From positions 192,001-256,000 of the forward strand of contig JAVRCJ020000003.1 of NCBI GenBank assembly GCA_034530875.2: a DNA stretch of 64,000 nt, read 5' to 3'. The notes under the pieces are model-generated. The model searched no databases. It saw only the letters and a list, made by a program, of their open reading frames with translations, and had not been told where the DNA came from. The position numbers were made by a program, and so were the translations under genes. Positions 32,596 through 43,450 of the stretch are shown here, one piece after another (position 1 is the stretch's first letter; each line of letters starts with the position of its first letter). Source of the stretch: Nostoc sp. DedSLP01. GTDB taxonomy: Bacteria > Cyanobacteriota > Cyanobacteriia > Cyanobacteriales > Nostocaceae.

Positions 32596-33119
32596 TCTAT
32601 AGCATTAGTGTTACATTTAAGACTTCTACTTTCCTTTGAAAAGTCAAAAGCAGTATTTTAATGTAACAATTAATGCTGCAACACAGATAAAACAGTACAT
32701 TTCCGAATACTCGCTCTAAAAATCCCACGGCTTGAATAATCAAGTAAAGCCGTGGGATACCAATTTTTTAGCCTATACAATTAACAAGAAAGAATAAGTT
32801 CTTTTAGCGGGAGAACCCGACTAGCAGACTCACTCAACTTTATAAAAGAGTGGCAAGTCTAAATCCTCCAATGATTATATCTTGTAAAAAACAGCCTCAA
32901 GTCTAGTGCTGCAAAGCAAAATTCGTAATTCGTAATACTCACCAAACTCTTAAACCAAGCTAAGTATTTTTAATTAGTCTTGTCAACCTAGCCCGCATAG
33001 ACGCCTGTTTTTTTGTTAGTATTCAAAAAAACCTATTGACACATTTTCCGATCAATTGTTGATTGTTTGTAAGGAAATGTAAACAATTGTTTCAAAAGGA
33101 AGAAAGCACCTGAGGTTTA

Positions 33120-33578
33120 ATGACTGATTATTTCCAAGGAAATTTCCCATTACAATCTGTGCCACTGACAAAGAATGTGGTGAAAAACCCTGCACTAAAA
33201 GATGAAGCAAGCGGAAAATTAGCCGCAACGATCGCTGAGGCGGCATCAGATCGCAAAGCTGGTGATATTTTATTGCTCAGAGTAGCAGACGTATCTTATC
33301 TAGCAGATTACTTTGTGGTGATGACTGGCTATTCTAAGGTACAGGTAAGGGCGATCGCTCAAGCAATTGAAGCAAAAGTCGAAACTGAATTACAACGACT
33401 TCCCTTGAGGACAGAAGGAAAAGCCGAGGGTAATTGGATACTACAAGACTACGGTGAAGTTATCGTTCACATCATGATGCCGAAGGAACGGGAGTTTTAT
33501 AATTTAGAAGCGTTCTGGATTCATGCAGAACGTATTTCCCTTCCAGAATCCGATGAGGGTGGGGGTAAGCCAACATGA
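33120..33578 (+). CDS. rsfS: Ribosome silencing factor (Iojap)
   Basis: [32 protein letters not shown]. Confidence 0.93.
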   Translation: MTDYFQGNFPLQSVPLTKNVVKNPALKDEASGKLAATIAEAASDRKAGDILLLRVADVSYLADYFVVMTGYSKVQVRAIAQAIEAKVETELQRLPLRTEGKAEGNWILQDYGEVIVHIMMPKEREFYNLEAFWIHAERISLPESDEGGGKPT

Positions 33579-34075
33579 TGAGGTCGTCGGTTTCAAATTG
33601 CCCAGTTCCCGCAGACCAACAACCACTGAACGAGTACGAACAGTTAAAAACTTCCTGGCTGTTTCGTGATAGCACTTTAAATTGGCGCGATTATATCACG
33701 AAAATGGTTTGGATTTGGGGTTTATCTTGGTTAGTAGCTGGCCCTGTGGCAGCAGCAAGTTTTCCGCCACAAAAATATATTGCCCATTTTATTCTCTGTG
33801 GTGCAGCAGGGGCAAGTTTAGGCGTACTGCTGGCGGTGGTAAGGTTATATCTAGGCTGGTTTTACGTGGGCGATCGCCTTGGCAGTCCCACAGTATTCTA
33901 TGAAGAGTCAGGCTGGTACGACGGTCAAACCTGGACAAAGCCACAAGAAGTCCTAGATCGCGATCGCTTAATTGTGGCTTATGAAATCAAACCTATTCTA
34001 CGACGGTTGCAATTTACCTTTGCTGGCTTGGCGGGAATGTTCGTTACTGGTACTATAGTTTGGCATTTGTTGTAA
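33575..34075 (+). CDS. CGLD27/DUF1230 family membrane protein
   Basis: [25 protein letters not shown]. Confidence 0.85.
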   Translation: MMRSSVSNCPVPADQQPLNEYEQLKTSWLFRDSTLNWRDYITKMVWIWGLSWLVAGPVAAASFPPQKYIAHFILCGAAGASLGVLLAVVRLYLGWFYVGDRLGSPTVFYEESGWYDGQTWTKPQEVLDRDRLIVAYEIKPILRRLQFTFAGLAGMFVTGTIVWHLL

Positions 34076-34094
34076 ACCGTCATTGGCTAAATAG

Positions 34095-34225
34095 GGCATT
34101 GGGCATTGGGCATTGGGCATTAGTTTTTGGCTAATGACTAATGACTAAGCGCAAAGTCTGAGCGGAGGTTTCCTCCGATCAGAACTTTGTAAGAGATGAC
34201 TAATGACTAATGACTAATGACTAAT
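34095..34225. repeat. Heptamer arrays (GGGCATT, ATGACTA) with an embedded hairpin element at 34152-34189
   Basis: Directly visible; CAAAGTCTGAGCGGAGGTTTCCTCCGATCAGAACTTTG interrupts the ATGACTA array. Confidence 0.8.
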
Positions 34226-34251
34226 AATAAAAAAGTGATAAAAATAAACCC

Positions 34252-35205
34252 ATGACAATGGGAAAACGAACTCAAGCCACAGCACTGGAAGTCAGGTTGC
34301 TGCGTGAAGGTATAGTTGAATCCAAGCATATAGTCCAGGCTGTTGTATGCGACGAACGCGGACGGGTTTTAACCGTCGCTGGGAACTCTGAAACTGCTAC
34401 ATTTGTTCGTTCGGCACTCAAACCATTCCAGGCGCTCGCAGTTACCACTACAGGTACGCTGGAACGCTACGATCTTAGCGATCGCGATTTAGCAATCATC
34501 ACCAGTTCCCATAAAGGAAAAATAGAGCAAGTTCGACAGGTTTTTAACATCCTTTGGCGGGCCGATCTTGACCCCACTGTACTCCAGTGTCCGATTCCTG
34601 AAGGCAAACGCAGTCCTCTGGAATACAATTGCTCTGGTAAACACGCGGGAATGTTAGCTGTTTGTCAGCAACGCCATTGGCCTTTAAATAACTATTTGGA
34701 ACGCAAACACCCAATACAGCAGTTGATTTTGGGTAAAGTAGCAGAATTGCTACGAATGCCGGCAGAGGAATTTATTAGCGCCCATGATGACTGTGGGGCG
34801 CCAACTTATTTGATGCAACTCGGTCAAATGGCTTCTTTATACGCCTTGCTAGCATCTAGTAGCAACTTGGATATGGAGCGTATTGTCCGTGCCATGACTC
34901 ATCACCCAGCTATGGTAGCAGGAGATGGAGAATTTGATACGGAATTAATGCGTTTAACTCCAGGGGAACTGGTGAGCAAATCTGGCGCTGAAGGAGTGCA
35001 ATGCATTGGTAGACTCGGTGAAGGTATGGGATTAGCAATTAAAGTTATGGATGGGGCAAAACGCGCAAAATATGCCGTTGCGATTCACTTACTCCAACAA
35101 ATGGGTTGGATTAGTCCCAGCGCCGCCGAAAGCCTCAGTGAAAAGTTTGTCACCTTAGGAAAATACAAGCGTTTAGAAGTGATTGGAGAATTATCGTTTT
35201 TGTAG
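34252..35205 (+). CDS. Asparaginase (Rhizobium AnsA-type / asparaginase II family)
   Basis: RSALKPFQA, NCSGKHAGML, DDCGAP, KSGAEG. Confidence 0.88.
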   Translation: MTMGKRTQATALEVRLLREGIVESKHIVQAVVCDERGRVLTVAGNSETATFVRSALKPFQALAVTTTGTLERYDLSDRDLAIITSSHKGKIEQVRQVFNILWRADLDPTVLQCPIPEGKRSPLEYNCSGKHAGMLAVCQQRHWPLNNYLERKHPIQQLILGKVAELLRMPAEEFISAHDDCGAPTYLMQLGQMASLYALLASSSNLDMERIVRAMTHHPAMVAGDGEFDTELMRLTPGELVSKSGAEGVQCIGRLGEGMGLAIKVMDGAKRAKYAVAIHLLQQMGWISPSAAESLSEKFVTLGKYKRLEVIGELSFL

Positions 35206-35252
35206 TTGCCAAACTCTTGGCTTTAAGTTAGACTAGAAAAGTCAAGAAACGA

Positions 35253-35329
<77 letters not shown>

Positions 35330-35343
35330 AATTAAAGATACAG

Positions 35344-35380
35344 CAAAACTCCTACAATCAGTAAAGATTGAGGAGTTTTG
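35344..35380 (+). terminator. Stem-loop after the tRNA
   Basis: CAAAACTCCT...AGGAGTTTTG followed by a T-rich tract. Confidence 0.65.
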
Positions 35381-35433
35381 TTTTATTTCGATCTATTCTG
35401 GAAGAAATAGCCATCCAAAAAGCGTGGTGAGTC

Positions 35434-36891
35434 ATGGTTGTGAAGTTGCAGCGACCAATTTTAGTAGGAGGATTGGGACTGTCCTTTTCTCTGTGGATGT
35501 TACAAAGTTGGCAGGATTCTATAGTGCAGGTGGGTGAGTTCGGTTTATTGAGTGCCTTGGCTGTTGGTGGTGGTTTGTGGTTATTCCAAAAAAATCGCCC
35601 AAAAGACCGCTTGGAACAGCTAGATATTATGCTTGTAGATCGGACGACTGTGGAAAGTGCGATCGCTAAAGCTGAAGGCGTAATTAACCAACTGGCACAA
35701 GAAGCAGAAAACCATCAAGCATTAGGGACACTCAGAGAACAAGTTGCCCAATTGTGGTTTGAATTAGATAGGCAAGAAATTAAAGTCGCTGTGACTGGTG
35801 GAAAATCCGTCGGTAAAAGCAGTTTAATTGAAGTCTTAGAGCAAAATTTAGAGGCAAAAAATTTCGTGTCTCTACAAGAGACAGCACCTTTGTTTAGAGA
35901 AGCGGGTGAAAATTCAGATGCGGCTGTTTTAGCTGAAGTGGCAAAATCTGATTTTGTACTGTTCTTGACAAATGGTGATTTGACAGACACAGAATTTCAA
36001 ACTTTACAGCAGTTAAAAGCAGCGAATCAGCCGACAATGCTGGTTTTTAACAAACAAGACCAGTATTTAGCCGATGAACGTGCTAGCGTTATGCTGTCAT
36101 TAAAACAGCGGATGCCAGGGAATGTAGTTGCAACTGCGGCCTCTCCCATCCCTGTAAAAGTCCGAAAGCATGAGGCTGACGGTTCTGTGCAAGAGTGGAT
36201 GGAACAGCTAGCACCAGATATTCAGCAGTTAAGCCAGCAGTTTGGTGAAATTTTGGCACAGCAAAAACAACGGCTAGTTTGGCTAACTACCGTCAGAAAA
36301 GCCGGGGTGTTGAAAGCTGAAGCGAAAAACTGGCTCAATGGTATCAGATGCGGTCGCGCTACTCCAATTATCGAACAATATCAGTGGATAGCTGCTGCTG
36401 CCGCCTTTGCTAACCCAGTACCAGCCTTTGATATTCTGGCAACTGCGGCCATTAACGCTCAGATGGTAATGGATTTGGGTAATATTTATCAGCAGAAATT
36501 TTCCCTAGAACAAGCACAAACTGTCGCTGGAACAATGGGAAGTTTGATGTTAAAACTTGGTTTAGTCGAACTTTCTACCAAGGCTGTTAGTACTGTTCTT
36601 AAAAGTAATGCCGTTACCTTTGTTGCTGGTGGCTTGGTGCAGGGAGTAAGCGCAGCTTATTTGACTAGAGTTGCAGGATTGAGTTTAGTTGAATATTTCC
36701 AACAGCAAGAAGTAGCAGTAGATTCTGGAAATAATTTGAATTTGGAGAAGTTGCGGCAAACTTTGCAAAAGGTGTTTGGACAAAATCAACAAATTGCCTT
36801 TTTGCAAGGGTTTGTAAAGCAAGGTATGAAGCGTTTATTGCCAGAAGCGCAGCAGATTGAACTAGGTGGCGTTCAGAAGGCAGTGGGATAG
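35434..36891 (+). CDS. YcjF/DUF697-family protein with a GTPase-like domain
   Basis: GGKSVGKSS, NKQD, AFANPVPAFD C-terminal domain. Confidence 0.75.
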   Translation: MVVKLQRPILVGGLGLSFSLWMLQSWQDSIVQVGEFGLLSALAVGGGLWLFQKNRPKDRLEQLDIMLVDRTTVESAIAKAEGVINQLAQEAENHQALGTLREQVAQLWFELDRQEIKVAVTGGKSVGKSSLIEVLEQNLEAKNFVSLQETAPLFREAGENSDAAVLAEVAKSDFVLFLTNGDLTDTEFQTLQQLKAANQPTMLVFNKQDQYLADERASVMLSLKQRMPGNVVATAASPIPVKVRKHEADGSVQEWMEQLAPDIQQLSQQFGEILAQQKQRLVWLTTVRKAGVLKAEAKNWLNGIRCGRATPIIEQYQWIAAAAAFANPVPAFDILATAAINAQMVMDLGNIYQQKFSLEQAQTVAGTMGSLMLKLGLVELSTKAVSTVLKSNAVTFVAGGLVQGVSAAYLTRVAGLSLVEYFQQQEVAVDSGNNLNLEKLRQTLQKVFGQNQQIAFLQGFVKQGMKRLLPEAQQIELGGVQKAVG

Positions 36892-36921
36892 TCTCACCCA
36901 TAGAATGGCTGATAAACCTAA

Positions 36922-36958
36922 AAATATACCCAAGCCCATTTTGAGCTTGGGTATATTT
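36922..36958. terminator. Bidirectional hairpin between convergent genes
   Basis: 14-bp inverted repeat AAATATACCCAAGC / GCTTGGGTATATTT. Confidence 0.7.
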
Positions 36959-37013
36959 AATCGTTATCGTTAGAGTTGCGAGTTAACAAAAAATTGTGAA
37001 TAAGATTAGTTAG

Positions 37014-38063
37014 CTAAACAGCACCACTGTTTTTATGAAACAGGATGGTTATAGTTTTAAAAATTAGCTTTAAATCGTACACCAAACTCCAATTTTTTTG
37101 ATACTGCAAATCTAGGCTAATTACGTCTTCAAAACTACGGACTGTAGACCGACCGTTTACTTGCCATTCGCCAGTCATGCCGGGTTTGACATCTAAACGT
37201 TGCCACTCTGGTACTTCATAGCGTTCCACTTCATCAGGTGTGGGTGGTCTGGTGCCGACTAAACTCATTTCTCCTTTCAGAACGTTCCAAAATTGGGGTA
37301 GTTCGTCGAGACTAGTTCGCCGTAAAAAACGGCCTACCTTGGTAATTCTGGGGTCATTTTCATTTTTGAAAAAAGCGCCTTGAACTTGGTTTTTGACTTC
37401 GGATTTCTTGGCTTCGGCATCCACGCACATAGAACGGAATTTCCAAATTTTAAACCGTTTTCCCATCCAACCACAGCGGGTTTGACTAAAGAAAATCGGC
37501 CCGGGATCGTTAATTTCAATAGCGATCGCAATGGGAATAAACAAAATTCCTGTAATTAATAACCCTACCATTGACCCGATAATATCTAATAACCTTTTCA
37601 TCCAAGATGCTACAGAAGGATGAGTCGTAGGTAACTGCTCTACTTTACGAGAAGTTGTCTTGCGATTATCTATTACCTCTTGTTGTTCTATTTGCGGGCT
37701 GTTATCTAAAGACTCTAGGGGGAAAACTTGATCCAATCCCGTGAGTTTTAGAACTGCCATTACCTGAGGTGTTACATTCCGCAGTATTAATGTAATCCCT
37801 TGAGCCTGGGCATATTTATAATTACTGACCAAAGCACCTAAACCACTACTATCCATAAAAGTAGTTTGGTGAAAGTCAATGATAATTTGCTTAGGATAAA
37901 AATTCGGTTGGATTAAGCCTTGGCAAGCTTGCTTAAAGCCTAAAGCCTCCAGCACGCTCAACCGTGTAGGCACTTGTAATATAACCGTGTCGTTTAGGGA
38001 ATGAACTGGAAAATCGACCTCTGTCGGTTGGCTAGTCATGAAGCTCTGCACTTTCGTTGCCAT
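37014..38063 (-). CDS. STAS (anti-sigma antagonist) domain fused to a bacterial sugar transferase
   Basis: [39 protein letters not shown]. Confidence 0.9.
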   Translation of the reverse strand: MATKVQSFMTSQPTEVDFPVHSLNDTVILQVPTRLSVLEALGFKQACQGLIQPNFYPKQIIIDFHQTTFMDSSGLGALVSNYKYAQAQGITLILRNVTPQVMAVLKLTGLDQVFPLESLDNSPQIEQQEVIDNRKTTSRKVEQLPTTHPSVASWMKRLLDIIGSMVGLLITGILFIPIAIAIEINDPGPIFFSQTRCGWMGKRFKIWKFRSMCVDAEAKKSEVKNQVQGAFFKNENDPRITKVGRFLRRTSLDELPQFWNVLKGEMSLVGTRPPTPDEVERYEVPEWQRLDVKPGMTGEWQVNGRSTVRSFEDVISLDLQYQKNWSLVYDLKLIFKTITILFHKNSGAV

Positions 38064-38244
38064 GTATAATGTAATCTGCCAAACGTTATTTTGTCCTAGA
38101 AAATTACTTAACTGTAATCAGGACTAATTGGTATTTGCTGTTTCTGAGACTGGAAATCGCCAGCGACGATTCACAATAGAACAAGAAAGCAAAAAATATT
38201 CTTGTTGTTGTGGCGACGCAGCGCGATCGCGTTGCTGGGATCAA

Positions 38245-39042
38245 ATGATTGCTAAAACTACGGTTACGTCTAGCGCACGCCTGATTGAGGTCTTCTCTGC
38301 CATTCAAGGGGAAGGACTGAATGTAGGGACGCGTCAAATTTTTATTCGCTTTGCTTTGTGTGATTTGCGCTGCCACTTTTGTGATAGCGCCCACACTTGG
38401 AATGCACCTGTTAGTTGCCGGATAGAGCGATCGCCTGGATTGCGCGACTTTGAAATTCACTCTAATCCTGTTCCATTACCCATATTAATCGAATGGGTTC
38501 AAAGGCAAAATTTACCTTCTCTACACGATAGCATTAGCTTAACTGGGGGCGAACCACTTCTTCATGCCCAATTTTTAACGGAGTTTCTACCCCAAGTCCG
38601 AGCCATAACTGGTTTACCTATATACTTAGAAACTGGTGGACACCGGCCAGAACAACTGGCGATGATTCTCCCCTACTTAGATTCCGTAGGCATGGATTTC
38701 AAGCTGCCCAGTGTTAGCGGCGAAAGTCGTTGGGAAGAACATGCTAAATTTCTCCAATTATGTCAGGATTCATATTTAAATGTTTTTGTCAAGATAATTG
38801 TGTCTCAAAACACAGATCCTGCCGAGTTGGAACGTTCAGCTTCGCTGGTGGCACATGTAAGTCCTGGCATACCAGTATTTTTACAACCTGTTACGCCTTT
38901 AATTGAGTCCGAAAAATTGTCTGCAATACCTATACTTGCCCCAACACCCGATCGAGTTTTGCTGTGGCAAGCTTTGATGAAACAGTCTCTCAAGGATGTG
39001 CGGGTAATCCCCCAGACACATAAAATGCTCAACCAACTGTAA
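38245..39042 (+). CDS. queE: 7-carboxy-7-deazaguanine synthase (radical SAM)
   Basis: EVFSAIQGEG, CDLRCHFCDS, TGGEP, PQTHK; ATG at 38245. Confidence 0.9.
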   Translation: MIAKTTVTSSARLIEVFSAIQGEGLNVGTRQIFIRFALCDLRCHFCDSAHTWNAPVSCRIERSPGLRDFEIHSNPVPLPILIEWVQRQNLPSLHDSISLTGGEPLLHAQFLTEFLPQVRAITGLPIYLETGGHRPEQLAMILPYLDSVGMDFKLPSVSGESRWEEHAKFLQLCQDSYLNVFVKIIVSQNTDPAELERSASLVAHVSPGIPVFLQPVTPLIESEKLSAIPILAPTPDRVLLWQALMKQSLKDVRVIPQTHKMLNQL

Positions 39043-39363
39043 AATTTGCTGCCAAACTTAAGTACTACTAAAGATATGGTGAAGGAAAAAATAAGTTTAG
39101 ATAAAATTTGGTTCGCAAAACAAATATATTAATTTTTATTAAGTTGTTGAACCTAGCGTTTTCTAGGGAGTTTTATCGTTTGACTGAATGTCGAGGAGTC
39201 AAAATTTTTAGGGAACTGCAAAAAATAAATTATCCCAATTTTTGGGTTTAAGACTGCTCTCCTCCCCTCTGCTCCCCGATCCCCTACTTTTAGCACAATG
39301 GGATTTTTTGAGTTAGAAGTTCTTTAGGGGTGGGTAACGCCCACCCAGCCTACTTTCTGATTG

Positions 39364-40008
39364 CTACAGTGCGCCTTCATCCATAGTTTTGGATTTAGCT
39401 TTTGCTTTATTGGCACTGCGTTTGAGAGCAGACAGTCTTGCTTCGTATTTCGAGCGTTGACGCTTGCTAGGAGTGTTATCAATCAGGGTTTTTAAGGCGC
39501 TACCAAGGCTTTTGTAGGCATTGGGGAGGGTATAGCCAAAACGAGTTGCTAAGGCGATCGCTTTTTCATCAGCATTGAGCAGTTCTTTGAGTTGCTTTTC
39601 CCCATTATTTTTTTGATACAATCGCCAGCCTGACACGCCGCACAGCGCTAAAGCTAACACCAAAAGCAATCCATCTTGTACCCACAATTCACCGACAGCA
39701 CCACCTAAACCGATGGCTAGTGCTGCCATTTCCCAGCCATCTTTGGGAATCGTGTCGTTTTGAATGCGAGCAACTTCATGCCAGAACAGCAGATTACGCT
39801 GATCCATTGCTAGGGTATCCCATTTCACCAAGTCAATTTGAATTTCTACTTGGTCTTTACCAATTTCTTCGCAGCGGATCAGGGGTGGATTAACCTCAGT
39901 GGTGCCTTCTACCGTGACCCAACTCTGCAATTCTGGCGGTAGTAAGCCTTTCAACCGCCGGAGTTCGCTCATTTCCGCTTTAGCAGAGGAGGTTGCATAG
40001 GATGTCAT
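39364..40008 (-). CDS. Conserved cyanobacterial membrane protein (DUF3318-like)
   Basis: LFWHEVARIQ, central hydrophobic hairpin; family recalled, not searched. Confidence 0.65.
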   Translation of the reverse strand: MTSYATSSAKAEMSELRRLKGLLPPELQSWVTVEGTTEVNPPLIRCEEIGKDQVEIQIDLVKWDTLAMDQRNLLFWHEVARIQNDTIPKDGWEMAALAIGLGGAVGELWVQDGLLLVLALALCGVSGWRLYQKNNGEKQLKELLNADEKAIALATRFGYTLPNAYKSLGSALKTLIDNTPSKRQRSKYEARLSALKRSANKAKAKSKTMDEGAL

Positions 40009-40085
40009 AATATCCAGCCCCAGAAAATTTCAGTATATAGTGAGGGTATCACTTTGGAGTATAGCTATTTCAGTGCCAATCCGTC

Positions 40086-40643
40086 TCACTCGTTAGGAAA
40101 ACTTCCTCGTTTTTTTCGTGCTTCCATTGCTTTTTCGAGTAAATCGAGCAATCCTGGAGCTTCTTCTTGGATACTGAGTAGTAGTCTTTCTCCCAGTTCT
40201 ATATTTCCCGGATCGATACCTGTTGCCATAACTTCTTTCAGGCGAGGGATCGCTATGCCATCGACAATCTGAATTAATCCACTCAAACAACGGTGAAATT
40301 GCTTTTCTGTAAGAATTGAGTCTTCCAGAGGGAATTCAATAATGGCACGGATTTCGCCATCGGATGGGTCATATTCCCATTGCAACATTTTGGTTTCCCA
40401 GGAAATAGCAAGCATTGTCTGTAGGATAGCTCCCTTGTGAGGATGGTCTTGAATTCCTGTGAGAACTTGAGGGGCAAATACCCGAAAAAATTTTCCGTCT
40501 TCATCCAACTGAACAACTATTAGAAAATCTTCTAAGTTATCAGCTTCTACGCCTGTTATAATGCGGTCTTCTTCATCATCAAAACGGTAGTCCCAACCAA
40601 GATTATCTAAGTAATTGGCAATTTGTTTGAGGTTAGCTCCCAT
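40086..40643 (-). CDS. YbjN-like domain protein
   Basis: IANYLDNLGWDY, WEYDPSDGEI; family recalled, not searched. Confidence 0.6.
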   Translation of the reverse strand: MGANLKQIANYLDNLGWDYRFDDEEDRIITGVEADNLEDFLIVVQLDEDGKFFRVFAPQVLTGIQDHPHKGAILQTMLAISWETKMLQWEYDPSDGEIRAIIEFPLEDSILTEKQFHRCLSGLIQIVDGIAIPRLKEVMATGIDPGNIELGERLLLSIQEEAPGLLDLLEKAMEARKKRGSFPNE

Positions 40644-40949
40644 AAAAGCCTCATCAGGAATGGTGGAGCAGCTGTTACCAGACCTAGTTTAACCTGCGAG
40701 TGGTAGTTGTTTGAGTTAGTGTGGCTACTTCTGGATGAATTGGGTATGGGGGATAGGGCATGGGGCATTGGAGATAGTAAAAATAGGTTTTCATGCTGAG
40801 ATATGTCTATTATTTTCTGAGGTCTTTTGTTGATTATTAAAGGATGTATTAATTTATTAATTACAAATTTTACACAATAAAAATATAGAATTAGTATCGC
40901 TAAAAATTTAATTTTATCTTACAGGTTTGATAACAGATTACTATTAAGT

Positions 40950-41520
40950 ATGCTGACAAATCGCACTCGTTTGGATACTATTAAAAGTCGCAGTCAGTTA
41001 ATTTGCGGAGTTAGTGGTGAAATTCCAGGGTTCAGCTTTGTGGGAACTGATGGAAATACAGCAGTATTGATGTAGATATTTGTAGGGCGATCGCAGGAAT
41101 TTTTCTTACCACAATTGTCGGTGTTACTGTTGGAATTGCCCGACTTTTAGACAACTGGCTGGTACAAAATATCGCTATGGTTTATGTAGAGATTTTTCGG
41201 AATACTCCGTTGCTGCTGCAATTGTTATTTTGGTACTCTGCTGTTTTTCTCAGCTTGCCAAAAACAGAAAATAAAATATCCCTTTGGGGTTTTATTAGCT
41301 TGAGTCAAAGTGGTTTAGAACTGCCTTGGTTTGCTCTATCATCAGAGTTTTCAGCTTTATCATTGGGATTAACTTTTTACACGGGTGCGTTTATTGCCGA
41401 AATTGTCCGAGGTGCGATTGAGTCAGTACCTCGGGGACAATGGGAAGCGAGGCGATCGCTAGGCTTAAAATCAGGGTTGGTGATGCGCTTGGTGATTTTG
41501 CCTCAAGCTTTGCGTGCCCT
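40950..41520 (+). pseudogene. Fused remnant of a polar amino-acid ABC transporter (binding protein N-part joined to permease; NatF/NatG-like)
   Basis: RLDTIKSRSQLICGVSGEIPGFS, frameshift, IDVDICRAIA, then GIFLTTIVG...VEIFRNTPLLLQL...AEIVRG...LPQALR; junction is HIP1 at 41087-41094. Confidence 0.82.
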
Positions 41521-41533
41521 TTGCGTTTCACTT

Positions 41534-42328
41534 CTAACTCTTTTGTCCGACAACTTCACACCAAGCTTGAGCAAAAAATGCATCTGGATGCTGACTCCAT
41601 TCTCGCAAAGCATGGCTCATTGCTGTTAGCGACAGATCATCAGTCCAACCTTTCTCTACAGCTTTATCCACCTTTGCAGAAGCCTCAATTCGCAGCGCCA
41701 AATATTCTGTAATTTCACTCAACGGCTCATAACATTGATAAGAAGCCGAAGCGTTGATATTAGTAAACCCACTTTGGCGCAACAGGGCACGTAACTCTCT
41801 ACCCACTTCAGGATTACCAGAATTTTGCTGCTGGAGCCACTTGTAATAAGAAAATACTTTTTCCAATTGTGGTGTAGACGGCGCAATCAAAAACCCGCCC
41901 CAGTCAGGACTACGAAGCCCAACAATTCCCCCTGGTTTCAAAACTCGCCACAGTTCCCGTAACGCCTGTATCGGTTCTTGAAGATGTTCAAACAGCGCAT
42001 GGGAGAAAATCCCATCAAATGAGTTGCTTGAGAAGGGTAAAGCATAAATATTCCCCTCCAAAAACTTAGCATTACTGACACCTTGAGCGAAAGCACTCTC
42101 AGCAGCTATCTGAATTTGAGAAACTTCGCGATCGATACCGGTAAGCATACCAGGGAAAATTGCTCTTGCTAAACCTAAAGCGATCGCCCCAGGACCGCAA
42201 CCGCAATCTAGTAAATTCATCCCTGGACGTAAATAAGGCTTAAAAAATGCGCCATGAGTATCCAAACTGCGTTTTGCCATGAAATTCGTCGCATTACTCG
42301 AATAGCCTGGAGTATACTTTTCCTGCAT
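41534..42328 (-). CDS. Class I SAM-dependent methyltransferase
   Basis: LLDCGCGPG, LPFSSNSFD, RVLKPGG; ATG at 42328 preferred. Confidence 0.9.
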   Translation of the reverse strand: MQEKYTPGYSSNATNFMAKRSLDTHGAFFKPYLRPGMNLLDCGCGPGAIALGLARAIFPGMLTGIDREVSQIQIAAESAFAQGVSNAKFLEGNIYALPFSSNSFDGIFSHALFEHLQEPIQALRELWRVLKPGGIVGLRSPDWGGFLIAPSTPQLEKVFSYYKWLQQQNSGNPEVGRELRALLRQSGFTNINASASYQCYEPLSEITEYLALRIEASAKVDKAVEKGWTDDLSLTAMSHALREWSQHPDAFFAQAWCEVVGQKS

Positions 42329-42432
42329 TGCTCTGACTCCCTGCACTGTTTGTATGAGTATCATACGCAGGTGATTTTCAGATGTCCAATATATATTTAG
42401 ATAAAATTGAGACTTATAAAATATCAAAAAAA

Positions 42433-43320
42433 ATGGAATTGCGACATCTGCGCTACTTTATCGCTGTGGCTGAAGAATTGCACTTCAGTAAAGCCGCCGA
42501 ACGACTGCATATCGCTCAACCGCCATTAAGCCAGCAAATTCAGCAACTAGAGGCGCAATTGGGAGTAGAACTGTTTCACCGCAAAACCAAGCGACAGGTG
42601 CAACTAAGCGAAGCTGGACAAGTATTTTTGCAAGAAGCTTATCAGCTTTTAGCGCAACTCCAAAAAGCAATCGAGCTAACTCAAAAAATAGGCAGAGGCG
42701 AAAAGGGACAATTACGAATTGGGTTTACTGGTTTGGTAACCTATAATTTGCTTCCTGTAATTTTGCGACAATTTCGAGAACAGTTTCCAGAAGTGGAGTT
42801 GATGTTGCAGGAATTAACTACAACCGAGCAAGAAAGAGCGTTACAAGATAGCCGCATTCATGTAGGCTTTGCTCATCCACCTTTGGAAGATAATACACTC
42901 AATCAAAAGTGCATTCAGCAAGAAGCTTTAATAGTGGCTTTAGCCGAAACTCATCCTTTAGCTGAACGAGAAAAAATTTCAGTGCGATCGCTAATTAACG
43001 AAAATTTTATTGTGTTTCCTCGGCATTTAGGCTCTGGACTTTACGACCAAATTGTGAGTCTTTGTCAGCAAGGAAATTTTAGCCCGAAAGTGACTCAAGA
43101 AGCGATTCAAATGCAGACAATTATCGGGTTAGTTTCAGCAGAAATGGGAATTGCGATCGTGCCGTCTTCATTGCAAAATTTTCAGAGAGCTGGTGTAGTT
43201 TATCGTAATTTTGAGGAGAAAACACCATTAGTAGAAACGGCTATAGTTTGGCGGGAAGAAGATATGACGCCTGTACTAAAGGAATTTCTGCAAGTTGTCA
43301 TGAGTCTTTGTGACAAATGA
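42433..43320 (+). CDS. LysR-family transcriptional regulator, divergent from the methyltransferase
   Basis: MELRHLRYFIAVAEELHFSKAAERLHIAQPPLSQQI. Confidence 0.95.
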   Translation: MELRHLRYFIAVAEELHFSKAAERLHIAQPPLSQQIQQLEAQLGVELFHRKTKRQVQLSEAGQVFLQEAYQLLAQLQKAIELTQKIGRGEKGQLRIGFTGLVTYNLLPVILRQFREQFPEVELMLQELTTTEQERALQDSRIHVGFAHPPLEDNTLNQKCIQQEALIVALAETHPLAEREKISVRSLINENFIVFPRHLGSGLYDQIVSLCQQGNFSPKVTQEAIQMQTIIGLVSAEMGIAIVPSSLQNFQRAGVVYRNFEEKTPLVETAIVWREEDMTPVLKEFLQVVMSLCDK

Positions 43321-43450
43321 CGGCCATCACGAGTTAGGCTTATTCATGCCAAGCTATTTATTTCGTTAAAAAAAGTTTCACTAGGTTGTCAATATATTAT
43401 TGAAATGGAAATATTTAAATCAAGCACCGCCATAAATTGGAATTAAACCT

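Noticed and set aside
38245..39042. queE as part of a 7-deazaguanine DNA-modification (Dpd) system
   Set aside because: No dpdA/tgt-like or other dpd genes nearby; tRNA queuosine synthesis is the simpler reading.
42329..42432. Overlap between methyltransferase and LysR ORFs
   Set aside because: Downstream ATGs at 42328 and 42433 leave an ordinary 104-bp divergent promoter.
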